DNA of 64,000 nt from positions 117,800,001 through 117,864,000 of the forward strand of contig JBITNC010000001.1 of NCBI GenBank assembly GCA_050084985.1, given 5' to 3'. The notes under the pieces were generated by a model. It was not told the DNA's origin. It saw nothing but the letters and a program-made list of their open reading frames with translations, and did no database searches. Made by a program: the position numbers and the translations under genes. This stretch comes from Nageia nagi (Eukaryota; Plantae; Pinophyta). This document shows, one piece after another, positions 1-12,729 of the stretch. The stretch's first letter is position 1. Each line of letters starts with the position of its first letter.

Positions 1-2545
1 ATAGGAGTAGAACACATTGCCCCTTTTAACTTATTAAAAGCATCCTCTGCTTAAGTTGACCAACTGAATGCATTCTTTTTCAATAGGGTTGTCAATGGTG
101 CTGCTATTTTACCATAGTCTTTTACAAACTTATGGTAATACCCAGTCAATCCAAGGAATCCTCATAAACTTCTTAGAGACTTAGGGGCACTCCAATTTTG
201 AATGTCTTGAATTTTATGGGGATACACCTTGACCCCTTCCTCTAAAATAATATGCCCTAAATACTCAACCTCGATCTTCCCAAAGGAACATTTTGACTCC
301 TTAGCATACAACTGGTTGGCACACATAACTTGTAAAGTTTGGTCTACATGTGCCACATGTTCTTCCCAAGTTTTGCTATAAACCAGAATGTCATAAAAGA
401 AAACCCGAATGAATTTTCTAAGAAATGGATGGAATATATGATTCATTAAACTTTGGAAGGTAGAGGGTGCATTTGTAGGACCAAACGATATCACCAGAAA
501 TTCATAATGGCCATCATGAGTGCGAAAAGTAGTTTTTGGGATATCTTCCTCCTTGAGTCGAATCTGATGATACCCTGACTGCAAATCTAATTTTGAAAAA
601 TATTTGGCCCCATGTAACTCATCCAACAATTCATCAATAATTGGGATAGGAAACTTATCCTTCACAGTGATTTTGTTAAGAGCTCGAAAGTCTACACACA
701 TCCACCATGAACCATCTTTTTTACGAACCAAAATCACAGGAGAAGAATAGGGACTTACACTAGGTCTAATGATTCCTGCTTCCAACATTTCCTGGACCAA
801 TCTTTCAATTTTAGTTTTTTACAAGCAGGGATATTGATATGGTCTAATGTTTGGTGGTAGACTACCAGGAATCAACTGGATGGCATGATCATGAGAACGA
901 TGAGGAGGCAACCCTATAGGCTCTTCAAAGATATCTTTATGATGATCCACCAACTATTGTAATGCGTTAGACTCCCCCACTTCTGATTCCATGGATTGAA
1001 CAAAAAATAATTGGGCCATCATTCCCTTCCCACTTTGATGAAGGATCTTTTCCATACGATGTGAACTCACAACAAGTGAAGGTCCTGCTCATAACCTTGT
1101 GAGAGTATACTCTTATCCCGCAACTGTGAACTTCATCCAAAGTTTTGCAAAATCCCATAAGATTGGTCCCAAAGTTCTAAGCCATTATGCTCGTAAGACA
1201 ACGTCACATCCACCTAAGGGTAATGCATACATGTCACTCTTCAAGGTGTAGTGACCCATATTGACTTGATATTATGACAAGTTCCCTTGCATGCTATCTT
1301 TCCTTCATTTCCAATCATTACCTCAAAGTTGTTGGTAGGATGTATGTAGCAATTAGCATCGCATGCTACTCATGGATCAATGAAGTTGTGTGTACTTCCA
1401 TAATCTAGCAACACAATGAGAGTTTTCTTTTTGAAGGATCCTTTGACCTTCATGGTTTGTGGAGAAGAAATTTTGGCAAGAGCATTAAGTGAAATTTCAG
1501 GAGTATCTTCATTGGTGTTACCAGTTTTAGTGGCCTCTTCCTCTATCTCGACCTCCTCATCATCAGATTGGTCACTAGGAGCATTTGCATTCAATAAGTA
1601 CAATTTTTGTGTGTGTGCATCGATGGCCTGGTCCAAACTTCTCATCACAATTATAGCAGAGTCCCTTCTTGCGATGCTCTTCCATTTCTTATGGGGTTAG
1701 CCTCTTAATTTGTAGTGGTCGATCCATTCTTGGAGTTTGAGGATGATGGGGTGGTGTCCCAAACTATTATCATCCTTGGTGATGCTAAGCATTAAACTTA
1801 TCCTTAGCCAACTTTGCCAACCCTATTACCTCCATCATTGTATTAGGTTTAAATATTTTGACTTCAATCTTAATTTCCTCCTTTAAGCCACTGATAAAAC
1901 AACTTTTGAAAAAAGCTTCATCCAACCCTGTTGTATGATTTGCAAGTTTCTCAAATTGGGTCTGATAGTCTCTTACTATTGATGTCTATTGTAACTTAGT
2001 GAGTGCTCTTGTGAAGTCCTCAAAAGTAGTCGACCCAAACCTAACTAGTAGTTGTTTTATGAATTTCCCCCAATTAAGATGGCCATTAGTTCTTTCAAAC
2101 CACTAATACCATTGAATAGCCTCAAGATCCAAATGAAATGAAGTAATGCTAACCTTTTGATCCTCAGGAATTTGGTTTAAGGAAAAGTATTACTCAGATC
2201 GATAGATCCAACTAGTTAGGTCCTCTCCATCGAACCTAGGAAAACCAAGCTTAGTTGTTCTTGGAATAATAGATGCCTGTGGACCTGCTTGTTGGTAGGT
2301 ATTCCTATTTGATTAGAACTTCCTACTGATGAAGTTTGTGGCTATTATGTTGATTGTGTCAATGTTTGAATTTGGATTATGTTCCTATCCAGGGCATTAT
2401 ACTTGAGATCCAATCCTGATAACTTTGCATTCAAATCATCGAACATGTCCTTGAGATTTTCTCCTCCTAATGCAGATTTAATCTGTTGAATCTATTAGTC
2501 TAAATCCTTCAAGGTTGGGTCTTGAGATCTTCTCCCTTCAACCAT
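1..2545 (-). pseudogene. Disrupted gag-pol polyprotein (gag, aspartic protease, reverse transcriptase)
   Basis: Probable ATG at 2545 (MVEGRRSQDP), gag motif PRFDG near 2230, protease in ORF 1370..1648, RT in ORF 162..800. Several stops and frameshifts; the RT catalytic motif reads FFYD instead of FFDD. Confidence 0.85.
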
Positions 2546-3214
2546 TTTTATTTATTTATTTATTTATTTTTTTATTTACACTTTGTTTTTAAAGTGGGGC
2601 CCACAATCGTTTACACTCAACAGTAGATGGCTGCCAAAATTCAACCCTGAAACACACCTTTTTTTTTGGATTTCTTTCTGCTTTGCTGTAAGATACTATG
2701 ATTATGAACTCTGAACTCTAAACTTTGAACTCTAAGCTCTGAACTGATTTACTGTAGCACCTTATGTCTCCCAAGTTAATTTTTTTTTCTATGGAAAAAT
2801 TGAACTAGGGTAAGGTGTGTTTTCTTTGTAGGCCCGCCTAAACACCCCTCCTATCCAACTTTCATAATGAAAGAGGCTGCAGAGATGGATTCTATGGTGA
2901 GTAACTTCCCAGGGCTAACCTCTTATCAGTGCACTACAATTTACAAACGATTGACAGATTCCTACCTAATTCCATTTTTTTTCCTAGATGGTCTCCAATA
3001 TACCTTTCAGTACGTGGAGTTCGATTTCGTATACAGGTTCTGTCTAAGGCCTAGGTATTGATGCAAAGTTTTATGCACCTCACTTCACATGCATCTTTAT
3101 GGGCAAACATGCTTAGCCAAAAATGACAGATCCTCCGTGATATTTTAAAACCCTCAGCACAAGGTTTCTAGCCTAGACTCAAAAAAATTCTATAGTAGAA
3201 TGGCCCTAGAAAGA

Positions 3215-3226
3215 GCTCTGATACCA
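3215..3226 (-). promoter_or_regulatory. Primer-binding site, tRNA-iMet
   Basis: Minus strand reads TGGTATCAGAGC, 2 nt after the LTR end (...TAACA). Confidence 0.92.
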
Positions 3227-3228
3227 CT

Positions 3229-3614
3229 TGTTACGATCCTGCTAGATCTTAAATAAAATAATGCAAAAACAACAACAAGATTTCTAGCTTTTCAATGAAA
3301 TAAGAGCAGATCTACAAACTCATCAATATTCAATAAATAATAGAACTCAAATTTGCAAATGAGAACATTGAATCACAATAGCTTTACTGAATAAGAGTTG
3401 AATCGCTGGCCGCTTCGAGGGGGCTTCCTTTTTACACTTCAAATCCAAAAATATGAGCTGAATGATGACATTCTCAAGCCATACAACATCTTTATATGAT
3501 ACTAACCCTAACCCTAATCCACCCTACTAATAATTATGGTATTCACATTACAATCCAGTTACATCATAAGTATACTACTAATATAATTAAATGTTAGGAT
3601 GTGGGATCCTAACA
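3229..3614 (-). repeat. 5' LTR (386 bp)
   Basis: Termini TGTTACGATCC...GGATCCTAACA form an 11-bp inverted repeat with 1 mismatch; the LTR abuts the PBS. Confidence 0.85.
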
Positions 3615-4499
3615 TTTGATGTGTTAAGGGGATAGGAGGCTACCCTTGAACTTACTCTATCCATATTAAGAGGAACATTGTTGGTTTCATCATAATTGCC
3701 ATAGAGTATACCTAGTATTACCTCACTACTTTTGGGATTGGTGAGGCGCTTGAGCCATCTGAAATAACCCTATTGGAGATAGTCTTGGTACAAATTCCTT
3801 AGATTAATAAAATTATTGTAATTACTCTATTCTTGCTCTATCAAATATAATTACATGATGTCAAAATATTATTATTTATCTCTCTATGCTTTGATGTTGG
3901 AGTTGGAAGCATCATTACATTATCGAATTGCTATTTTTTCTTCCTAGTTACAACATTGGATATGGAGTATCATTTGCATTATTTAATTCCTATTTCAGAT
4001 TCATAGCTACAACATTGGGTTTGTGGAGGTATTTTTACATTGTTAATTTATTAATTTTCTCCATAATTGAGTCATTATTGCTAAATTTTTGGATTATTAT
4101 TGCTGAATTTTTATTTCTAGCAAGCTGTTGGATATTTGATGCATTTTTGACCTTGTTGTCTAGACTAGTTTAGAAGCTAGAAGCCAAACATCCCTCTTTT
4201 AGGGCACATTTGAGGAGTGAGTCCTAGAATGACTCATCACAAAAAATGGCTAATATAAAAATTGTAATAACAATTTTTAAAAATACTACACTAATTTTTG
4301 GTTGAGGTAAAGGATGCAAAAAATTAGATGTTTGAATGGAATATACAAAAGAAAATTGATTTTTTCATTGCAGTATAGTGAAATTAAGAATATGTTATTG
4401 TTAATGGTTGAAATGGAAGGGATGGATGAGGATGGTTAAGGGGATGAAGGGGTGTCATTAGGTATAAATTTATTTCTTTCAAGTAGCTATAATGAGACA

Positions 4500-5650
4500 T
4501 CTTTGTTGAATAAGAAGTCTTTTAAGATCCCTAAATATTACAAAAATTGCATTTTAGAATATCTTGGAAAAGGTTAAGATTATATATTGGGTTTTAGATC
4601 GATTCTTTGAAAAATATTGGAGCAAAGTTATTTTTCTCATTATTAATTTTAGTTTCAATTATAGAAATATCATATTTAGTCTCATTAAAATTTGATTTAT
4701 TTATATTTAGATAATCTATTTTTTCTTTTAATCTAACACTTTTTCTAACTTGTAGAATATCTTTGGCTCTTTTGGGTATGCAAATCACTTAAGGTTTACA
4801 AATTAGGACTTTTAGAAATACTTGAACAAGTTGTATCAATATGATGTAGTATGCAAAAATGAACTATATAAGATAACTTGACTAATTAATATAATCCACT
4901 ATGAACAATAATGAATAAGAAATAATGATTTCTCACTAAAGGAGGATTTGTAAAGTGGTTAATTTCCATAGTAGAGGATTTAATGGTTATAAACCACCTA
5001 TGCAAGCCCTGATAACTAGAATGAATTTTATGTATCCTCCTTTGAAATTAAAAAAAAAAAGATTTAAAATGTACAAAAAAATTAATGATAAATATTAGAG
5101 TTATGTTAGATAAATAATGACTAAGATAAGAACAAGTTAGTGAAATACATAAAGAATAGTTATTACGATAAATAGGTGATATGCATACTTGGAAATCACA
5201 ATGGATTTGAAAAAATATTATAATGATCTATGACATCAAGAAACATATTATAATTGTCTTTGCAGTAGTTCAAGAATATTATGGTGGTTTTCTAATATTA
5301 CCTTTTTCCCTTTGCATACATTTAACTTGGATTTCCTAGATTTAAACATATCTTTTATTTCGTATTGCTTTAAAAATAAAGAGTAGAAACTTCAAATCAA
5401 CCTTTGTAGTAAAGGAGTTTACTTTTATAGATGGAGTCTCTTTGGTAGTAGTAAGACCCTATGAAGTAAAAAATAAATTTCTAATTCCTTTAATACATGA
5501 ATGTTATCATATATTATCAACATATAGATGAGGTTTTTAATATTAAGAGGTAAGCAGTATGTGTGACCATAAACTATGTCATTTCTAGATGCAATCTTAG
5601 ATTTTTGATTTGTGTGAAGTGTTAAACTTGCTTAAATAAATTTATATATC
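4500..5650 (+). mobile_element. Highly decayed L1-type LINE ORF2 (RT) remnant
   Basis: CKNELYKIT (cf. LCNxxYKII) near 4855, KGGFVK (cf. QxGFVxGR) near 4945 at the expected spacing, and FAVVQE near 5265. Many stops; boundaries approximate. Confidence 0.4.
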
Positions 5651-6483
5651 TTAATATTGAATAATATTTTAAAATAAAATGAACCTTGAAAATATTTTAA
5701 TATTTTCTTAAATTGAATGATAAAGTAGATTTTATTTTTAATTAATTATTTATAATTCTCAAAATTCAATAATAGACAAACTTATAAGATGATGAATACA
5801 CTAATTATATATATCATTAATAAAAACTAAAACAATTTAATAGATAAAATAATAATATTATTATTTTAAATCTATACAATACTATCATTAAATCAAATAT
5901 CTAACTTTTTTTTAATTGAATTAAAGCTCATCTTATAACAAGTGGTAATATATTTCAATATGTAAAGAATGTGATTGACACATAAGACTTTCTTTACATA
6001 AGTAAGAATTTCCTCATCTAAATTTACCAACTCCCTAAAAACTGAAGATAATAAAATATCTAACTTTTTAACATATCTAATCATTATTAATATATCAAAA
6101 ATTTGTAACTATATCTAATTAAGATATTCTACAAATTTTATCATACCAAAACTATAATACTATTTAATATGTATTAGAAAAGGAAACTATTTTAAAGTGA
6201 AATATGTATAATATATCAGTAGTAAATTCATGAACAAAAGCAATAATGTAAAACTAAATGATGGTGTCCTGGTACAATGTCTTCCATGTACAACAACGCA
6301 GTCCAAACCAGTCTTGTCACATGACATAGAATACAGTCACTGCGTGACTTTCTTGGCATTTATCTTTTCTCCCTGCAGAAAGAGTGAAACTCTTTAACCA
6401 CAAGATTTCAAAGCTCCTCCATTTAAATCTATGCTGTATACCCTGAAAAGAGCAACATGATCGAGATGAACGAGAGAAATCAC

Positions 6484-7003
6484 CTTGGGAATGAACTTGA
6501 GTCCTACTCTAATCTGCCCATGATATGTCTTGTCCATGAGGTCAACCTGTATAGGGTAGGCGGCAACCTCCCATTCTCAAATACTTTCTCTAATGGGATT
6601 CTGCACAGCAACAAAAAAATACAATATCGCCAAATAATTAGCAATATGTATAATGATGTTAGTTTCAGTACCTAAAACTGCCTTACCTTAATTCTACAAC
6701 GAAGTCATCCGAGGTGATCTTATCCCAATCCATTATTCTGATGAAATCATCATACATGCCTTCTGATATATCAAACAAGAACGTCTCGTTCCATTGTGGA
6801 TTTTTTCCCAATGCCTACAGTCATTTTTATTTGTAAAAAAAGTTCATGAATCTTGATAGGGACTGTAAAACCGTACAAGTTGGTAGAGAATTGACCAGAT
6901 AAGCTGTTACTAAAGAGAATAATGAAGTACCAAATGCAGTGCTGCTTTTTCGCTTTAGCCTCTTGGTTTCTGCATGCAATGATGCAGTACGGGTCCATTT
7001 TAC
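6484..7003 (-). pseudogene. C2-domain protein pseudogene, elicitor-responsive protein (ERG1/ERG3-like); first exon absent
   Basis: Three exons with canonical AG/GT borders: 7003-6931 (GKMDPYCIIACRNQE..RKSSTAF), 6814-6687 (GIGK.PQWNETFLFDISEG..IRIMDWDKITSDDFV), 6600-6484 (IPLEKVFENGRLPPTLY..VDLMDKTYHGQIRVGLKFIPK). Each exon carries one frameshift. A probable terminal exon starts at the acceptor at 6372. Confidence 0.88.
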
Positions 7004-10000
7004 CTGCATCCAATTTTGTCCAATCAACCAAATAGAACGCACCGTAAAAGACATTATAGAGATTCCATATAAAACAAACATTTTCAAGTAGAGAACTACA
7101 AGGCAGATGCCAATCATTCGAAGCAAGTAGGAATTGGGAAGGTACTTTAAATTTTATTAGTTGTAAAGTTAAAGTTGGTATTTTATCAAATCACTGAGGG
7201 GACTTGGAAAGTCAAGTGGTTGTTTAAATTTTTTTATTAGAAAAAAATGGTAGTTTTAGGTTTGAAAATTCTCTTCTTTAATATGTATATTGATATATGC
7301 AATTCAGTAGAAAAGAATTCCATAGATAATTCTGAAATATAAATTCAAAAAATAAACCACCATAAAAAAAATTGACATCTTCATCCTTTTGATTTCTCTT
7401 GAACTTGGCTTCCAAGTATTTTATGGGGTTTAATCTTTCAACTTCTTGAATATTCAGCAATTAGGCGCCAAAGTTTTAGTTTGAAAGATATGCTTGAACT
7501 TTGTTAGAGGAAGTTTTGGAGATTGTCTTTGTGCATTCATTTTCTTCATCTATGATCAAATTCGAATCGTAACATTGAAGTCGGCCGTGTAAAATTTGAA
7601 TATTAGTCTTATGCTATATTTCTTCCTACTGTTGTATTGTTCCTATTGTTGTATGGATCTATATTGTTCAATGCACACCTATGGCTGTTGATACTAAAAA
7701 TTTCTCTTCTACCTAAGTGATGGTTACTTGAGCAATATTTGTGCACATTGTTTTAGGAATACTTTCTATTGTTAAAATTATTGTCTTTGTGTGTTATAAT
7801 ATTATTGACATAATTTGGGAGGTTTATAAATTACATTTAGTTTGATTTATATAATTAGTATGATGTATTTTATGAAGAAGATTTAAATATTTATTTGTTT
7901 TTTTTTTTTTAATCTCATTTTGATTTTATCTATGTATTTAAGGTTAATTATATTTGAATAGCGGATGATTTATATTTAAAGTATTAACATAATAATTTTA
8001 ATCATTTTAATTATTTTTTATTTAGATTTCTTCATCCTCGCTTTTTTAATATATAAATATGTTGTTTGTTTAATATATATTTTTTTGAAAATTTCATATA
8101 CATACATGGATGTAATATGTGCTTGTGAATGTTTTATATTTTATGCAATCTAAGTTATAAATAACATTTTTTCAATTAAAAATGAAATAATTAACAAGAA
8201 ATCACAAATGAATTAAAATTTGGCTAGAAAAATATTATTTCTTTTTTAAAAGCTAAAAATATTGGTATTGAAAAGGAAAATCATACCTCAAATTAGTGAT
8301 CTTCTACATGTTATAAATATTACTATTTCTCTTAATAATACTTTTGTATATCCATATTTGAATGGACATATAATGCTATAAAATATATGATTATGATGAT
8401 AATGAGATGGTTCATTTTGATCAAATGATTATTGTATAACTAAAGTTACTCTACAAGGAAACCCTCAAATAGAATAAACTTAAATGTTTTATATGAGATC
8501 TAAAGTTAAATAGAATTAAAAAATAATAAAAAAAATACCCTTATTATACATTTACCATTTATTTAATCTTGTGAAGTTTAAGTTTTGTAAATGATATTAT
8601 TCATAGGGAATTTTAAATTCATGTACTAAATCATTATCTTAAACAAAATCCCCTTCCACATTTGTACCTTTCAAGCTCATTTCCTCATCACAAACAACCC
8701 AATCTTTAGAAATCATTCTTCTCATATGAGTAGGCCTAAAGACCACTACGTTACAACCCTCAAACTTTCTTGAACTAATAAATAATTTACATTTGAGCTT
8801 TATTTTCTATCTTTTCATGATAATATTATTAGGTATCACGTTATTTAAAACTACATAATAATTAAGTTTGATACTTATATTGGAAATGGGATTTCTACAA
8901 CAATATAAAAACTTTCAATTAATCACCTCACATATTACATATAATATTCATCTTTTTTGTAAAACTAATTCATAAAACATTCAAAGGGGAGACATAGGAT
9001 TAGTTTTATAACCTTCTTTAGATCATCATTTATTTTTTTTTAAGCTATCATTAATAAATTCCTATTTTAGTTTACAATAGACATAGGAAAAGGGTTACTT
9101 TTGATTAAATTTTTATATGATAGAAAGAAAATTGAGAATGAAAAGTTTGGTGATAAAAATAAAAAGTATGTAGAAAGAGATAATATAAAATATATATTTA
9201 GAGTAAAGTGGTTTGGATTCATTTTATTAATTCATTTTAAAATAACAATTTTTATAGATCACAATAAGCTTGTAGAAAATGCAACATGACTAACTTCTTT
9301 TTATTCAAAGAAAACTTTATAAAATTTTAGAACTACTCCAATTTACTAAAAATAATAAATAATTTTAATTTGTATGTTTGTTGGCCTACACAAGATTTTC
9401 TTATGAAGCAGCTAACATATATAGAACTTAGTCACAAATTAAGATATGGACTAATTTAATTACATTTTTTTCTTTGTAGTAAATTTTATTTCTCGTAATA
9501 TGGAGCTACTTTGATAAATTTATACTTATAATAGGATAAGAATCTTAAAATAGAACATTAATTAATATTGGAACATTTTCTTTGTAAATATTTTATCATC
9601 ATGAAAATTAATAATTTCTTAGAATTTTATTTTATGAAATATCATTATTAATAATTTTACTATTTGGTATTAAAGTGAAATAGGCATAACTTTGAGATTT
9701 TTCTAATGGAAGAAAGATATATGGAGTGATGCAAAAAGGATAATAGAGAGAATCATATGAAATCAAGTGAAAAGTAAAGAGCAACAAGAAAATAAGGATT
9801 CATTTACAAAGAAATTGTGAGGATGTTGATGGTCATAACTATTTTAAATGATCCTTGATGGTCATAACGTGCGTATTTAAGCTCAGTGAGGGTTTTACCA
9901 CTACAACATTTGTTTATCTATTGAAAATAAATTTCTCCTATGATGCAACTAAGTATCTATCATGAATTATCATTTATAAAATTAATTATCAAATATCAAT

Positions 10001-10139
10001 TTTGTAAGTAGTTTAAAGTTTCATGAAAGATTGTAAGTTGCTCATAATCCTTCTACCTAAATTTATTTTATTGTTATGGGAAGAAGAAAAATTTGAAAAG
10101 TACTAAGAAATTTTTGAAGTAAACACGTTTACTTTACAT

Positions 10140-10390
10140 AACAAATGAGATCTCATATTGCTTTGGGATCTTGACCCAAAAATAGGATCCCATTATTAAA
10201 AAATGAGATCCCATTATTAAAAATAAGATCCTATTATTATTATTATTATTATTTTTAAATAAGATTTTGTTATTAAATGGGAATGAGAAAAATGGAATCC
10301 TATTCTTGCTCTTATTCATGTTTAATAATGGGATCCTATTATATTTTTAAAATTATGGGATCTCACAACATAACGAGATCTCATTTTTTA
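10140..10390. repeat. Cluster of short GGGATCCC/GAGATCC-type motifs in both orientations
   Basis: Repeated aaaaat(g/a)(g/a)gatcc(c/t)att units about 21 bp apart, plus inverted copies (aatgggatcct, atgggatctc). Resembles DNA-transposon subterminal repeats. Confidence 0.55.
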
Positions 10391-11312
10391 AAATTTATAA
10401 TGGATTTTAACTTAGGAAAGGTATGGTAAGCCAAACCTTAGCTTTGGACCTGAAAATACATGATCATGGTAATGTTAATAAAAAATAATGATTTTTGATT
10501 GATGATTGATGAAGATTTTTGAAGAATCATTTTAAAAAATTAAAATCCATTATAGATGATTTCAAATATGTAATTTTTATAATTGGATTATTCTTTCTAT
10601 TTTTCAATAAAATAAGTCCACAAACTTGATAAATTAGGGTTTGTTATTTTTTAATAACTTTTTTATTTTTTGGTAATTTTGAAGAAAAACTTATATGGGA
10701 TCAATATATGAATAGTTGTCTACTAAATGAAAAAATAAATGATGAAAAATGACAAGTTTAGGCCAAATTAGGTGTGTTGTACATGAAGAATTTTCAAAAT
10801 AGCAATTAGGGATGGTAAAGAATTAAAAAAAAATATTTAAGAAAAAAAATAAAAAAATATTTGGACCAATCTTTAGTGTCTCAGGTATCTTATGGAATTG
10901 TGTATTTACAAAACCAAAGATTGAATATTTTCAACAATTCATTTCCATAGAAAGCAAAAAACAACTTTCTGTGAAGCAACTTGATGATGATGTGAAGCAA
11001 CTTCAAACCAATGTAGTAAACATTGCATAGCCATAACAACGAGCATCCATATAGGTACAACAACCATGGGTACTAGGTATGATACTTGCTGTTGATGGTA
11101 TTTGGGTGGGTTGTTTCTTAAATTTTTTATTTAAATTTCCTAGTTTTGTGCTTATTTTCCATAAATTCATGTTAATTAATAATGGTTCATGGTCAAATTT
11201 TTATTTGTTATCAATGCATTTTGGAGCATCATTTCTAAGTCCTAGTGATGTTGCTCTATTTAAAAATATTATTGTGTTCCTACTTGTGGGTATGGGAATA
11301 TTTTATGAGAAT

Positions 11313-12729
11313 TGTTAGGGGATATGTTACTTTTAGGTACAATTATTTTTGTTAAATAGAAAAAATACTTTATTTGATTTAATTAGAAGAAGGAGAAATG
11401 GAAGATACACCAACCAAGTTGATTATTCTAATAGAAAAGAAGGAATAGAACAATGAGAAATAGGCGAAAGAGGTGCATCAAGTAATGTATCCTCATAAAT
11501 AGATGGGGGTTTCTCGTTGTCTCCCTCATCTTGTATCTCATAAATTTGGGCTATAGCATTTAACTTTAGAGCACCTTTATATCCAAGGCCTCTTTTATCT
11601 TTGTCACCCTGTGTAGGTAGTTTCATAACATGCATATTACCTTTCTAATATGTACCCATACCATAGTCATACTATTTACACTTGATGAAGTAGTGATGAA
11701 TAAAGGGAGATCTACAAAGGTAGTTAATCTAACCAAAAAATATTTTTTGAAGATATTTTGTAGGTTTGGTAGGCTAGTACATTTGGGTCTACATACATAA
11801 AATAAGTTTTATTTTGGGAAGGTCCAAGTGGCACCAATGTACCAATGGCTAAAGGTGATTCACTCAAACATACTAGGTCATGTAAAGAAAGCACATTAAA
11901 TATTATATCATCAATAGAATATTTACCCCTATTTATTTTTAAAAATTTAACATTAATTCTAGACATGGGTTCTTGGACATTAGATGATACTTCATTCTTT
12001 TATTTTTTATAAGTAATTTTTAGATTATCCTCTTGTTTAGCATCTTACACTTTTTTAGATTTTACACCTACTTCAAATATAGAGGAACTATTTAGAACAT
12101 CCTTTTTAGATGAATTGTTATCAATTATTTTGTCTAGGTATTGAGCTCTTGAGTATACTATATGCAAACAATCATGAAAAGGATATAATTCTTCAAACTC
12201 CTTGTCATTCCATGGCAAAATCCTCTTCAAAGCTGAAATCAACCACACAATATACAAAATATAGAAAAATAACCCAAATTCTACCATAAAATGTTACCCA
12301 AATAAATTTGGAGTGAAGCACAAGAGCAATTAGTGGTAGGAATTATCATAAAAGTTTGAAACCCTAGCTTCAAATAGTTGAAATCTTAACTTGAGCAATC
12401 TTTGAGCAAAATGAGAGAAATAATCACAATAGCATAAGTGAGAAAATGAGTAAGAAGTTGTGAATTCTAATTTTGTATTGACATATATAGCCACCAATAA
12501 CTTAAGTTAGGTATCTAGAAAATACTTTTTTACATATTTATTTATCCTTTGAGTAGATTAATACCTTTTTGCATATTTAAGTGAATTATAGTTATTTTAG
12601 GAAATGTAGTATTTTTTTTAAAAATATTTTATAGTATCTTTTTTAATATTTTGTAGTGGATTAAGCATGTACAATGCTAATAATTCATTATTCTAAAAAG
12701 TGTAGTGTTTAGGTATCTACAGATGCCTC
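11313..12729 (-). mobile_element. Ogre/Tat-type LTR start followed by a protease-tail + G-patch linker remnant
   Basis: Minus strand: PPT-like GAGGCATC then TGTAGATACC at 12721, TATA-like tatatatg near 12485, then ORF pieces 12287-11423. These align by eye with the PR-RT linker at 40200-39780 (GKYSIDDIIFNV vs GEYEIDDVIFNI; YFIKCK vs YFIRCQ; KRGLGY). The left boundary is uncertain. Confidence 0.6.

Larger units (their letters stand above)
1..3614 (-). mobile_element. Ty3/gypsy chromovirus LTR retrotransposon (Reina-like), 5' part; 3' part lies outside the window
   Basis: On the minus strand the order is LTR (3614-3229), tRNA-iMet PBS, gag, protease (LLDYGSTHNFIDP), RT ([54 protein letters not shown]), then the RT connection. 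Short LTR plus Met PBS plus this RT type fits Reina-like chromoviruses; the clade call is inference. Confidence 0.9.

Noticed and set aside
3502-3518. CTAACCCTAACCCTAA telomere-like motif
   Set aside because: Fewer than 3 units inside an LTR; not an interstitial telomere.
9250-10050. Possible hAT transposase remnant
   Set aside because: Only 3-4-residue matches in shifting frames; not supportable without an HMM search.
12230-12287. Hydrophobic N-terminus (signal/TM) of ORF 12045..12287
   Set aside because: Explained by translation of a T-rich, intron-like or LTR-edge sequence.
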